From Eledone cirrhosa (lineage: Eukaryota), in assembly GCA_964016885.1 (NCBI GenBank), contig OZ024742.1:182156001-182220000 (forward strand): DNA of 64,000 nucleotides. Direction: 5' to 3'. This document shows positions 29,047 through 42,868 of this stretch, piece by piece. Each line of letters opens with the position of its first letter. The stretch's first letter is position 1. A model generated the notes under the pieces. It was not told where the DNA came from. It was given only the letters and a program-made list of their open reading frames with translations, and did not search any database. Position numbers and translations under genes: made by a program.

Positions 29047-29385
29047 GTATGTGTATGTATGTGTGTGTGTATGTATATATATGTGTGTGTATGTATGTGT
29101 GTATATATATATATCTCTATTAATGCGTGTGTGTATGTATATAGATATGCATTTTTTTATTATTATTTTCATTGTATGTCTGAGTTTGGTGAGGTGGTAT
29201 TGTTTTTTATGTGTATACACATATATGGAAGCGTATGTATTTATTTATATGAGTATAAGTAGGTGCATATGTATGTATGATTATATATCTATTTCTATGT
29301 ATGAAGGTACATCTATATATATATATATATATGTATATACGTGTGTATGTAAGTTGTGTGTGTATGTATCTTTATGTCTATGTGA

Positions 29386-29433
<48 letters not shown>

Positions 29434-29528
29434 GTATATCGATGTGCGTATATGTATGTACATGTATATACATGTATGTGTGTATGTATGTGTATGTATA
29501 TTTAGATGTATGGGTATGTATGTGTATA

Positions 29529-29589
<61 letters not shown>

Positions 29590-30413
29590 ATATATATATA
29601 TATGGATATATATCTTTATTATCTATTTTTTATATATATGTGTATGTGTGTATGTGTTGCGCGTGTGTGTGTGTGTATATATATCTTTTTATATGTGTAT
29701 GTGTATGTTCGTGTAAGTGTATGTGTGTGTATGACTGTATAGGTATGTGTGTATGTGTGTATGCGTAAATATCTCTATGTGCGCGTACATGTATGTATGT
29801 GTATGTATATCTGTATGTGTATGTACATTATATTATATTTATTATATTTTATTGTTTTTATTTTTTTATTTTTCTTAATTTATAGATACATTTATATTAG
29901 GCAGTCTGCTCTGACAATCTAATACTGACCCCTCCCCCCCCCTCCCACCTAATTTCTGTATCTTGATCTTGAAATGTGTGTGCCAGTGTTTTATGTGAGT
30001 GACTTAATTTCTATTTGCTTATGATTTTATATCCACATATATAAATGTGAGTGGGGGAGTGTGTGTGTTTGTATGTTCGTGGTTATGTGTATATTTATGC
30101 ATATACGCGCATGTATGTGTGATTATACTGATATGTGTGAGTATGAAAAAAATATATTTATATGCTTGACTCCATAAGTATCATTGCGCATCTTATCAGC
30201 GCATTAAGCTTACAGAGATATTAACCTTGAAATTTTGTGTTTGCATCCATCTTTTTAGTATGCACATACAAATTATACACACATTATTGTAAAATATGTG
30301 TAAGGTTTTTACATGTATATACACACACCAAACTGCTTTTAACCCTTTGTGTTTTCATTGGTCAATTTTGAACTGATATTTTGAATTGTTGTTATTATCA
30401 ATAAATATACTTC

Positions 30414-30562
30414 ATTATTTCTGAAGACGGCGTATATATGAGTTAGGTATGTATATTTAATCTTGATAATTTGTATAATTTTGTATAATTTTGTACATAG
30501 ATCTGTTGAATATGCATACCAATTATAACACATATATACCCTAGAAACGATCGTTAAATAGT
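30414..30562 (+). ncRNA. Type I HHR with a ~115-nt stem II domain
   Basis: attattt-CTGAAGA-cggcgtatatatg...catatataccta-like closing-GAAAC-gatc-GTT-aaatagt. Confidence 0.75.
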
Positions 30563-30622
30563 GAACTTTTTTTGTTTAATATAAGGAATTGTTTGTTCAT
30601 TATTTGTTTAATATTTTATATG

Positions 30623-30658
<36 letters not shown>

Positions 30659-30659
30659 T

Positions 30660-30697
<38 letters not shown>

Positions 30698-31015
30698 GTA
30701 TATATATATATGTATATATATATATGTATATATTTATATGTGTATATGTATATGTGTATATGTATATATATGTGTATATGTATATATATATACATATATA
30801 TATATACATATATATATACACATATATATATACATATATACTTATATATATATACATATATATATATACATATCTATATATACATATCTATATATACATA
30901 AATACATATACATATACACATATACATATACACATATACATATACACATATACATATATACATATACATATATACATATATATATATACATATATATATA
31001 CATATATATATATAC

Positions 31016-31082
<67 letters not shown>

Positions 31083-31457
31083 AACATATATATATATACA
31101 CATATATATATATACATATATATACATATATATATACATATATATATATACATATATATATATACATATATATACATATATATATATACATATATATATA
31201 TACATATATATATACATATATATATATACATATATATATATACATATATATATATACATATATATATATACAGATATATATATACATATATATATATACA
31301 GATATACATATATATGTATATACATATATATATATATACATATATATATATACATATATATATACATATATATATATACATATATATATATACATATATA
31401 TATATACATATATATATATACAGATATATATATACATATATATATATACAGATATAC

Positions 31458-31488
<31 letters not shown>

Positions 31489-31620
31489 CATATATATATA
31501 TACATATATATATATGTATTGAAATTTCCGTTGAAAACAGAAAAGGTCATAGAAGTGAAGAGTGCTCTATGTAAGTACCAGAGCAAAATTTAATGTATAA
31601 AAATCAATACAATATAATTA

Positions 31621-31690
31621 CCTCATTACCAGAGGTTTCCCGAATGAGGCGAATACGAAAGAAACGTCTTCATTCGTTCGTCAGACGAGG
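31621..31690 (-). ncRNA. Type I hammerhead ribozyme
   Basis: cctcgt-CTGACGA-acgaatga...tcattcgg-GAAAC-ctctg-GTA-atgagg. Confidence 0.85.
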
Positions 31691-32651
31691 CAATATAAAA
31701 CATGGGTAAATACTTGGAAAGTCTCATCAAGAAAAGCAACAAAAAAATATATAGACAAATGAATTACAATATGAAATATATAAAAATCTTTCAAGAAATA
31801 TAGTTAGATGTGTGTATATGTATGTATATACGCCCACAGATGTGCATATATGTGCATGCACAAATATATACGTATAGTGAAAAAGTGTGCGTAAATATAT
31901 AGTTTAGGGCAAATGTATCTGTGTGTCTGTAAACTACAGACAGAATAGAAACATCATATGAAGGCACCCGCATAAACACACCTACACACACGTACACTTA
32001 TATGCGGAAGTAAAAGAGGTAAGGGAGTGTAATAATTAAAGGAAAGTATCAATATCGATATATTTATAAAAATGGAACAATAATTTAGAAAGAAAAAATT
32101 AAAGAAAAGAAGACAAACAAGGTACACGCACACACACACACACACGTATATCTCACAAAAGAAACAAAAATATACATGCTTATATACACACGCACACTTC
32201 CACATCCATACATTCGATACGTACACACACACAAACACACACACACATACTTACACTCACGCATATTGACCTGTTTGCATGCACACGCCTAAAAATGAGG
32301 ATGTAAAAAAAGGGAGGAAGAAAAAAGAAAGAAAACAAAAAACCTAGATGTAAAAACACGGATATAAAGACACATACACATACACATACATATATATATA
32401 TATATACACGCACGCGCGCGCACATACGTAGGCGCTCGTGTACATATATAGAAAGTATACACACATTAAGGCGTTCAGACACATAGATACAGGGTGTGGA
32501 TAATAACTTGTGGATAAGTATTTACAAGTATAAAATTATAAGATTGGCTGCGCCAAAATAAAAAAATAAAAATAAAAATAAATGAAATTAATAATAGGGA
32601 TAAAAATGAAAGTAAATCAGAAAGGTTAATTATAAAGAGAATAATAAGAGT

Positions 32652-34003
32652 TTATGGAGGATAAGTATCTGAAAGTATGTTAAGTTTATATGAGCTGGAA
32701 AGCAGGTGTGATTTCATGTGTGGGCAACTGGTGAAAATTTCCGTCTTTGTGTTCAGGCAGGTCTTTGGTGATTTAAGACTTTGCAAGATCCAATATTTTT
32801 CATTTATGCAAAGCGTGCATTTTCTTGTTCCTCTTGCATATTCTTTAGATTGGTTCAAAATTGACCAATCCAATTTATATTGGATGCCTTGGTCTTTCAA
32901 ATCTCAAATTCTGCTAGCCAGAGCTGTTGTAAATCTTTTTTCTGGATGTCGAAAGGATGCGACATGTGAGTAATAACGCGTTTTGAATTTGTCTTGCGTC
33001 ATACCCACATATCGTTCACTGGTGGCTGGATGGTTGTTGCTGATGGTTATCACTTTAGCCGCATATACAATGGCTTTGGTGTTGCTTTTACCTTGTAAAG
33101 GGCATTCACTTTTGATTCTACAGGAGCAATTTTGATTTTTTCTAGGTGATTTTTTGTTGATGATATAGGACTTAATAGGGGGACCGCAGGAATAGCTAAT
33201 TTTGACATAGTTTCTGTTAAAGATCTTATAGTATCTATGTGTTCTAGTGAAATGTTTATCTAGGAGCTCTAGGAATTTTTTGCCTACATTAGTTTTAACT
33301 GCTAGAGAGTAGGGGTGTGTGAACCAGATTATTTTTCTTTTCCTGTTTTTATGTTTAATAGAGTTAGTATAGTTGGGTATGTATTTAATCGGTTCGCTAA
33401 CACCGCTATTTTGGAGAGCTTTATTATAGTAGGGGGATGCCTTATTAAAAATAGCTTCTGAGGAAGAGAGGGTGGAGATCCTACGGCTAATATTAGGGAT
33501 AAGGTTTTTAAAAACTATAGGAGGATGGCAAGAGCCTTTATTTATATATTTTAAATTTTCATTAGGTTTATGGTATGGTTTATAAGAAGCAGTAGGCAAA
33601 TCTAGGTTTATATCTAGGAAATCTTCATTGAAAAGGTTAGTGTCAATAGTAATTTTAAGATTAAAACTAGCGAAGGTTTTTATTAAGTCTTTCCTTAATC
33701 TATCTAAGTTATGGCCTATGGTGGTATGGGAAAGTATTAGACCATCGTCGCGATAAAGCCCCAAAATATGGTTAGGAAATTTTTCTTTAAGTGTATGTAG
33801 GAGGAATAGGCCACCAAATCACAAACATCAGCACTGTGATAAGAGCCCATTGAGACATCGAATGGGCTCTCTGGGTTAGATATTTTTACCCAAGTGTCAT
33901 TATCAGTAAAGAGTAGAGTGTGTCTAGCGTGCAAGATGACATTCTCTTCAATATCAGAGATATTAGTAAACCTTCTAGCGAAATTTAGTAAACCTTCTAG
34001 CGA
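32652..34003 (-). pseudogene. PLE RT plus GIY-YIG with one frameshift and one TGG>TGA stop
   Basis: FDVSMGSYHSADVCDLV; GLYRDDGL; RKRKIIWF; CSCRIKSECPL; IVYAA; YVGMTQDKFKTRYYSH; CTLCINEK. Confidence 0.92.
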
Positions 34004-34295
34004 AGTGTGCGTAAATATATATTTTAGGGCAAATGTATCTGTGTGTCTGTAGTTTACAGACACACAGATACATTTTCCCTAAAATATATATTTACGCACA
34101 CTTTTTCACTATACGTATATATTTGTGCATACACATATATGCACATCTGTGAGCGTATATACATACATATACACACACCTAACTATATTTCTTGAAAGAT
34201 TTTTATATATTTCATGTTGTAATTCAATTGTCTATATATTCTTTTTTTGCTTTTCTTGATGAGACTTTCCAAGTATTTACCCATGTTTTATATTG

Positions 34296-34365
34296 CCTCG
34301 TCTGACGAACGAATGAAGACGTTTCTTTCGTATTCGCCTCATTCGGGAAACCTCTGGTAATGAGG
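34296..34365 (+). ncRNA. Type I HHR (inverted pLTR copy)
   Basis: Same sequence as 31621-31690. Confidence 0.85.
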
Positions 34366-34478
34366 TAATTATATTGTATTGATTTTTATATATTTCATAT
34401 TGTAATTCATTTGTCTATATATTTTTTTTTTGCTTTTCTTGATGAGACTTTCCAAGTATTTACCCATGTTTTATATTG

Positions 34479-34548
34479 CCTCGTCTGACGAACGAATAAA
34501 GACGTTTCTTTCGTATTCGCCTCAGTCGGGAAACCTCTGTTAATGAGG
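34479..34548 (+). ncRNA. Type I HHR, tandem duplicate 183 bp downstream, 3 substitutions
   Basis: Core intact; stem II/III mismatches. Confidence 0.65.
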
Positions 34549-34839
34549 TAATTATATTGTATTGATTTTTATATATTACACATATATATATACATATATA
34601 TATATACATATATATATATACATATATATATATACATATATATATATAGATATATATGCATACATATATATATATACATATATATACATACATATATATA
34701 TATACATATATATATACATATATACATATATATATATACATATATATATACATATATATACATATATATATATACATATATATATACATATATATATACA
34801 TATATATACATATATATATACATATATATATACATATAC

Positions 34840-34872
<33 letters not shown>

Positions 34873-35211
34873 CATATATATATACATATATATATATACA
34901 TATATATATATACATATATATACACATATACATATATATACATATATATATATATACATATATACATATATAAATACATATATATATATATATACATATA
35001 TATATACATATATATATATATACATATATATATACATATACATATATATACATATATATATATATACACATATATATACACATATATATATATATACATA
35101 TATATATACACATATATATATACATATATATATATATACACATATATATATACATACATATATATATACATTTATATATATACATATATATATATACACA
35201 TATATATATAC

Positions 35212-35242
<31 letters not shown>

Positions 35243-35370
35243 CATATATATAAATATATACATATATATATACATACATATATACATATACATATACATA
35301 TATATATACATACATATATACATATACATATACATATATATATACATACATATATACATATACATATACA

Positions 35371-35401
<31 letters not shown>

Positions 35402-35613
35402 TTCGTTTCTGAATTTGTTTAGCAAGATTCTTTATCTGAAATCGTGTGTTGAAACCGATATTGTTATATTTGGGAGGGTCTTGTTGCCAATAAGAAACAC
35501 ACGCACCAGTTGCTTTCACTTCAATTTATTATAATAAATTTATAATAAATTTATAAATTTATAAATTTCTGGTTGGTTGGTTGGTTCCACAACCAGATAG
35601 TTGTTTATATATT

Positions 35614-35656
35614 GTCATAGTTCTTTCGTCACACACTCTGTGACCTCTTCAGTGAC
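35614..35656 (-). ncRNA. Minimal type I HHR, predicted CUA cleavage
   Basis: gtca-CTGAAGA-g gtcac agagtgt gtgac-GAAA-gaac-TA-tgac. Confidence 0.8.
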
Positions 35657-35850
35657 TGGGGATTCCTTTCTTTGTTTCTGTGCCTCTCCTTTGTTCTGTC
35701 CTACGCCATTTTGTTTCTGTGTGTGTGTTGTGTGCTCAGTCTGCACATGCGCCACATCCGGGTGTCTGTGTGTGTTTATGTTCATTTATTTATTTGTTTA
35801 TTTACATGTTACTGGTCGGTTGTTTGTTCTATGTGTGTTTCATTTTGTCC

Positions 35851-38800
35851 TTAATTGTAAGTTGTGATGTTGCTGTTCCACTCATATTTTCTATTTAATT
35901 TTGGTTGTAATTCTTTTATGTTTATTGCCTCTGTAATTCGTCTAATCATTGCGTCTTTTCTGTGTGTAGATTCTATTTTTATTTCTATGTTCTCTAATTT
36001 ACCCTTGTGTTCTATTTTAGCATGTTGGTAGAGTACAGATGATTCTTTACTATCTTGAAGGTCTCGCCAGTGTTCATTTATCCGTTCCCCTACACTACGA
36101 GCTGTTTCACCTATGTACACTATATTTTTGTCTCTACATTGTCCTTCAGTACATCTTATGCTATACACTACATTTCTAGTTTTACAGTTAATATGGGGGC
36201 TCATTTTACAGGTTATACATTTCTTATCTATACATGAGGGTCTTTGAAAAGGGTATGTCTTGCTAATAAGTGTTTTTACGGAGGTACCTGGTCTTTCTAC
36301 TATCTTAATATTGAGTTTATGTTTATTTAGGGCCCTTCTAAATTTGTAAGCTAATTCACCTCTAGGGGTTGTATCGATGAACATTATACTCTGGTATTTA
36401 TTGCTATCATACCATGAGTTTATTCTATTAACCTTATTCCTAGTTCTTTCTATTCTATTCCAAAATTTGCTCCTATACAAGGGGCAGGTCCCATTTATGT
36501 CATTATTTACCATTTTTTCCCATTTGGTTCTGGCTCCTCTATACACTCTGATTTTATCTCTCTGATTGTAGCCAGAGAATTGTATACGGTGGATGAAGTG
36601 TTGTATGTCTCTCTCTAGTTCTTCGGGGTTGCACATGCGGGACACGTTTCCACGTACCAAATACGCAATCAGTATGTTGATTTTGGTATGGTCCCAAATG
36701 GCCGAGTTTCGGTGGATCAGATGTTTGGAAGTCATGGGTTTGGCATAATGGGAATGGAGGATTTGTTTTTTTGTTATTAATTGTTTCTACTTTAGGCACA
36801 AAGCCAGCAATTGCCCAGTGCATTACTGGTACTTTATTGTATCGACCTCGTAAGCATGAAAGGCTAAGTCAACCTCGGCGGGATTTGAACTCAGATCGTA
36901 AAGGGACGTAACTATGCTGGAAATCATGGCGTCCGACCCTCTACCGATACTGCCAATCTACCGTTTTTTGTTATTAATGGTATCTAACCAGAGCTCTGTC
37001 TCTAGTACAGGTAATCGATGGTTGGGGTGTTTACTTGGGTAGTCTATAGTAACTCTAATGCTCTGGTGGATGGAGTTAGCTATTTGCTGGATGCTTTCCA
37101 TTGTGTTTTTCTCTAGTTCCTGACTGTTCTCTAGTGGGGTGTCTTAACTACGATGTTTATATCATCAACGTAGCGGGAGTACATTATCAGGGTTAAGGGG
37201 TCTTCTAATTGTTCTTTAAGTTTAAGTTTAAGTCTACTGTTCCACCATACCATGAATAAGTTAGCTATGTCGCCTGCAATGCTAACACCAATGGTTGCTC
37301 CTTCCTTTTGGGCATAAGTTTTTCCATTAAATTTGAACATATGTTCTTTAAGGGTTAGTTTTAGGCTGGCCCCTACCGCATGTGCAATCATTTTCTTCAG
37401 TTCATCGTGGTTTTCGGGTGTCCGTATGGCTCTGGTCCACCCGTTCCATCTATCTGTGTGGGTTTTCTTGGCCATTGAGGTAATGGTAGGTGGTCTGCCT
37501 CTTGCTGGGCACAGGTTGCTAAGGTCATATGTGTCTAGGTAATTATTACTATTGGTAAGTTTAAGTAGGAGTCCCAGCTCACTGGTATCAATCCCACGGA
37601 TCACAACATTGCTCTCACTGATCATTTCTACCCATTTCTCCACAGCAAAATCCACGTCAATAGATGGATACAGGGACACAACATCCATACTACCTATTAT
37701 GCAGTTTGTTAGGTCCCTAGATCGGTTACTCACGCCGATTCTGCTGAGGAGGTCCTCCGTGCTGTCATATACATCTGGCGACATTTCAATGATGGGGCGT
37801 ATGATCAGGGAGAGGAAGTAGGACAGTCTGTAGTTACTAGCAATGTTAGCTCCACAGACTGGCCGTGTTGGTGGTCCCGCGACAGGGTCACTGCCCGTTT
37901 TATGGTCTTTTCGAAGCCGATACAACGCCGGCACGTCATTGTTCCAGGCCTGGAAGTTGTTGGCAGTCCTTTTGTTGGGCTGCATTATATTCGTCCACAT
38001 CACCATATGGGCATTGAGGGCTTTTTCTCTATCCTCATGCTCCTGTGGTGTTACCTCTCTTGGGTTAGTGATGTGGGGTTGCATTGCCTGGATGTAGTTT
38101 GGCAGGTTGTCAACCGACATTCTGCCAGACTGGTCTGTTGGAAAGCATTCTATCTCTCCATTACGTGAGCGCTGCGTGAGCTTACGCAAGCCATTTGCAG
38201 ATTTTTCTCCCAGTTGCTGGGCCTCCATTCTATTATGCTTCTTGCTATACTGTTCTATAATATTTCTAAGTTCGGATCTAGCTATACTAAATTGTGCTTC
38301 TGTTTGTTCATCGACCTGCGACGGCAATTGCGTGCGTTTGTTAAATGGTAAAGTCGTGGCGTGGACTCGTCGCAGGTCGAACGATTTATCGGAGGGATGA
38401 TAAAAAGTAGAGTTCCAGGCTGCTGCTTTATGTGTACTAGTGCTATTGTTATTGTTAGTTGTGTTGTTTCTATTTCTATTTCCACCAACAGCCTCATGGT
38501 TGTTTCTATGTCTCTCATAATTACTCCTGTCTCTTTCCACTGGCTCATTGTTGTTATCTCCCCTATTTTGTGTGTCTGTGTGTTCGTCTTGATTATTTTC
38601 TTTGTCCTTAGTCTCCCTTCTTTTAATCCTATTACTTTCCCTTCTTTCTGTGATTTCTGTGCTACTGTCATTACTTGTTTTCTGTGTCTGTGTGTTTGTT
38701 AAGATTGTGGTGGTGGTGAGAGGCATTGAATGTGTGTGTGTTGTTATTGTTTATGTGTGCTGTTGTTGATGTGTGTTGTTGTTGTCTCCGTGTGTGTTAT

Positions 38801-39340
38801 TATTGTTGTGTGTGTTGTTATTGTTGTTTGTGTCTGCCTGTCTGTTGTTGTTGTTTCTGGGTATGTTATTATTGTTGTTGTTGTTGGTGTGTGTGTTGTT
38901 GTTATTGTTGTTTGTGTCTGTGTGTCTGTTGTTGTTGGGATGTGTGTTGTATATGTGTGTGCGTATGTTGTTGCTTTTGTTTTTGTTTTTGTTTTTGAGG
39001 CTCCAGCGTAGTTTTGTAAACGATTTTTCTATTTCTGACAGACAACTAATCATATTTACCTTCTTGAATGTCGCAAATTTCGGGGGTAGACATAATACAG
39101 ATAACTCATCGTCATCTATTACTGTGTTGCCGTATATATTTGTGTTGTTGTTGTTGTTGTTGAACTCATCTGTTAATGAGGTGTCGGCCATATATAAAAC
39201 CGTCAATTTTGTCGGGATATCTATTGGTATTCTCTATAGTATCCTGATTTAGCTTTATCTGCTTAAGCCACTTTAGTTTCTTGTTAAAGTGCTTATCACA
39301 TTCTTGAGTAATGTACTGTTCTTCAGGACGTATAAGGCTT
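35851..39340 (-). pseudogene. PLE polyprotein (N-term, RT, GIY-YIG) disrupted by a frameshift and a SINE
   Basis: SVLCLPPKFA; PTDQSGRMSV; LYRLRKDHK; PTRPVCG; SMDVVSLYPSI; YAQKEGATIG; SRYVDDI; CKTRNVVYSIRC; YIGETARSVGERINEH; QPKLN. Confidence 0.93.
36781..36962 (-). mobile_element. SINE family A inserted in the PLE D ORF
   Basis: A/B boxes on minus; TSD TTTTTTGTTATTAA on both sides. Confidence 0.9.
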
Positions 39341-39943
39341 ATAAATATTACTTAAACTTACCTATAGTAATAATTACCTAGACACATATGACCTTAGCAA
39401 CCTGTGCCCTACAAGACCAGCAAGAGGAAGACCACCTACCATTACCTCAATGGCCAAGAAAACCCACACAGATAGATGGAACGGTGAGACAGCTCGTAGT
39501 GTAGGGGAACGGATAAATGAACACTGGCGAGACCTTCAAGATAGTAAAGAATCATCTGTACTCTACCAACATGCTAAAATAGAACACAAGGGTAAATTAG
39601 AGAACATAGAAATAAAAATAGAATCTACACACAGAAAAGAGGCAATGTTTAGACAAATTACAGAGGCAATAAACATAAAAGAATTACAACCAAAATTAAA
39701 TAGAAAATATGAGTGGAACAGCAACATCACAACTTACAATTAAGGACAAAATGAAAACACACACACACATAGAACAAACAACCAACCAGTAACATGTAAA
39801 TAAACAAATAAATAAATGAACATAACACACAGAGACACCCGGATGTGGCGCATGCGCAGACTGAGCACACAACACACACACAAAAACAAAATGGCGTAGG
39901 ACAGAACAAAAGAGAGGCACAGAAACAAAGAAAGGAATCCCCA

Positions 39944-39986
39944 GTCACTGAAGAGGTCACAGAGTGTGTCTCGAAAGAACTATGAC
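39944..39986 (+). ncRNA. Minimal type I HHR (inverted copy; stem II altered)
   Basis: As 35614-35656 but gtctc instead of gtgac. Confidence 0.65.
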
Positions 39987-40134
39987 AATATATAAACAAC
40001 TATCTGGTTGTGGAACCAACCAACCAGAAATTTATAAATTTATAAATTTATTATAAATTTATTATAATAATAAATTGAAGTGAAAGCAACTGGTGCGTGT
40101 GTTTCTTATTGGCAACATGACCCTCCCAAAGTAT

Positions 40135-40181
<47 letters not shown>

Positions 40182-40185
40182 CATA

Positions 40186-40216
<31 letters not shown>

Positions 40217-40230
40217 GTATATGTATATGT

Positions 40231-42868
40231 TGTGACACGCCGCCCAGGCCTTGCTCTTCCTCTCAACCACATCATCTTCCGTATTCCCAATCTTTGCTCC
40301 CAAATACAGGAAGTCCTCAACCAATTCCAGCGGCTTCCCGCCTACATTAGTGATCCCCTCTGGCTTCTCAACATTCTCTACCAGATATTTTGTTTTAGTC
40401 TCATTCATTCTCAGCCCCACACTCATCGACACAGTCTCAACCTCCCGCATCAAATCCTCTGCCTCCTTCACTGTATTTGTCACCAAAACTATGTCGTCGG
40501 CAAATTCAGCATCCGATACCTTTTTCGCCCCAACTCTCCTGCTCTGAGCCGGTGCTACAGTAAAGCCAGAGTCCTGATGTTTCTCCAGTGCAAGGCGCAT
40601 ACAATAGTCCACTACGATGATAAAAAGGTAGGGAGCCAATGTATCTCCCTGGAGCACTCCAGCCAGTATCTCAAAGAACTCTGTCATCCCATCAGGTGTA
40701 ATGACTTGGGCTTTGGTGTTGGTGTAGAGCAGTGATATCAGGTCCACTATCCTCTTGGGGATTTCATAAGCCTGTAAGATCTTCATCAGACAGTAACGGT
40801 CCACAGAATCAAAGGCCTTCCTAAAGTCAATGAAAACCATGACCGCAGGAAGGCACTTTGCTCTAGCTCCCTCTAATATCCTCCTCAGCATCAGGATGTG
40901 ACTGGTGGTTGATCTACGCTCTCTGAAGCCGTTCTGGTTGTCCCTGAGCTTCTTCTCCATCTCACGCTGGATCCTGTTAAGAATCATCCTGTTGAGGGTC
41001 TTTGCCACAAGTGACGTCAGTGAGATCCCCCGGTAGTTGTTGGTGTTAGACAGATCTCCCTTCTTTGGCACTGGGACGATGTTACTGATCCTCCACTGAT
41101 TCGGGACAACTCCTTTCTCCAGTGCTCCGTTACAGAACCCCAGGATGATATCATCAAAATCACACCTCTTCATCACCTCTGATGCCACTCCATCTTCTCC
41201 ATGAGCCTTGCCCTCCTTGATCTTCTTCTTGGCTCTCTGAAGCTCCTCTCTGGTGAAGGGCTCTGTCTCAACATCCAGTTCCTCAAACAGCCGCCTGATC
41301 TCCCCAGTGCTCTGGGCTGTGGAGGGTGGCTCTCCTAATAGGGTCCTAAAATGGTCTAGCCATTTCCTCTTCCTATCCTCGGGCCCCGTTCCCTGGATCT
41401 GACTCGAACACCTTTTCTTCCTCCCTGTGATCTCGTTGATGATCATCCAGCTCTCCTTACATCCAGATTTGTAAACCGCTCTCTCCACACTTCTGATCTT
41501 CTCTATCAGTGCCTCCTCTCTGACCTCAGTGTAAGCGGTACAGAGCTCTTCCCTCATCACCTCCACAGTCTCCATCCTCTCCTCCGTAGGATCAGCATAG
41601 AATTGGTCCCTGGCAGCTTTCAGGTGTTCTCTGGCTGCACACACTTTTGGGTTTGCAGAGCTGACGTGCTTCCCTTTGTTCTTTTTCCTCGGCACCAGGG
41701 TTTCACTTGCTTTCGCCACTGCATTGGTGAAGTGCCCGTACCTCCTCGTCACACTCTCCTCAGTCCATCTAATCTCTCTCTCCTCTGACTCTCCACACAG
41801 AGCACTAAACCTGTTTCTCACTTCCACTGTGAACCTCTCCTGTAGCTTATCATCTTCCTTGAAAGCTCCCCAGTCATAGATTGTTCTCCGGGGCTGAGCC
41901 TTGCTCTTTCTTAAGCTCACGCGGACCTCACTCATAACAAGCCGGTGGTCACTACCCAGTGTACTGAAATAGCTGTATGGTTCCGTGTTCAGAACACTAT
42001 TCCGCCACTTTTTCCTCACCAGAATGAAATCAATCTGGGACTTGGACAGGTGCATATCTGAGATGTAGGTCCACATCTTCCCCAGATTCTTCCTAAACCT
42101 TTGGCTGGTCGCCATCAAGTTCGCCTCCAGCAGGGTGTCTCTCAGTAGTCTTCCATTTCGGTTGGTGTTGTTATGGAAGTACCAGCAAGGATCTTCACTG
42201 CCCTCCTTACTCAGATGTGCATTGAAGTCCCCCAAAACAAGCAGGATATTGTGTGCCTGAGTGGTGTTGACAGCTCTACACACCTCCTCATGGAACTCCT
42301 CGGCATTCACATCACTGTCCCCCTCGGTTGGACTATAGGCTGAGATGACTGTCAGTCTTGGGTTTCCATTGAAGGTCACCCTCAACACTCGCGGGGAGAT
42401 AGGCATTATTTCCCTCACCAACAGATTGGCTTTTGCACTGAACACAAAAGCCACTCCTCCTACTGCAGCATTTGTTGTGTTCTTCACTGCCGATGTAGTG
42501 ATGAGCTGGCTCTTCCTCCCGATCATCACACTCCTCACGGGCTCATCGTGTAGAATCCTGTGTTCTTGGATCGCAAGTATCTGTATACCACTCTCCTCGA
42601 ACAGATGTCCCAACTCCTCTCTCTTCTCCAGCGTTCGAATAGTCCTCACATTCAAAGTGCCCATTTTGATGGCTCTTCTACAGGACAAAACTGCATTCTT
42701 TATATTTGTCTCAGAGACAGCTGATCCATCATCCACTGGCCCTCTCTGTGGCTCTAAGCCAGCAGAGTCATAACGACCAGGCTGCTCCTTGACAGTGTAA
42801 TTAGGGGCTCTAACCCTAGTGCTGTTAGATCGACTCTCCAATGGCTGACAATACCTTACCGGCACCAC
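40231..42868 (-). CDS. RTE LINE ORF: APE endonuclease plus reverse transcriptase (ends at the inversion breakpoint)
   Basis: GTLNVRT, LAIQEHR, LGDFNAH, QIDFIL, SDHRLV; YRGISL, QNGFR, FIDFRKAFDSV, GVLQGDTLAPYLF, EFADDI; uninterrupted. Confidence 0.95.

Larger units (their letters stand above)
25052..30617 (+). mobile_element. PLE copy B, 5'-truncated, with a ~3.9 kb simple-repeat-rich 3' region ending in an HHR
   Basis: RT-EN ORF, then HHR 30414-30562; inserted in (TA)n. Continuity of the 3' region with the ORF is inferred. Confidence 0.7.
31590..34575 (-). mobile_element. PLE copy C, 5'-truncated, with an inverted pLTR (34053-34575)
   Basis: RT-EN pseudo-ORF on minus; 31590-31935 recurs inverted from 34053. 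Confidence 0.88.
35401..40138 (-). mobile_element. PLE copy D (second lineage), long, with a rearranged inverted 5' segment (39350-40138)
   Basis: RT-EN on minus; HHR 35614-35656; inverted duplicate of the EN end and pLTR on the right; (TA)n flanks. Confidence 0.9.

Noticed and set aside
32904-32906. In-frame TGA in PLE C as selenocysteine (as in Naiad-type PLEs)
   Set aside because: It sits at a Trp position (RI*DLK, compare KAWTLR in PLE A), the copy also has a frameshift, and I saw no SECIS.
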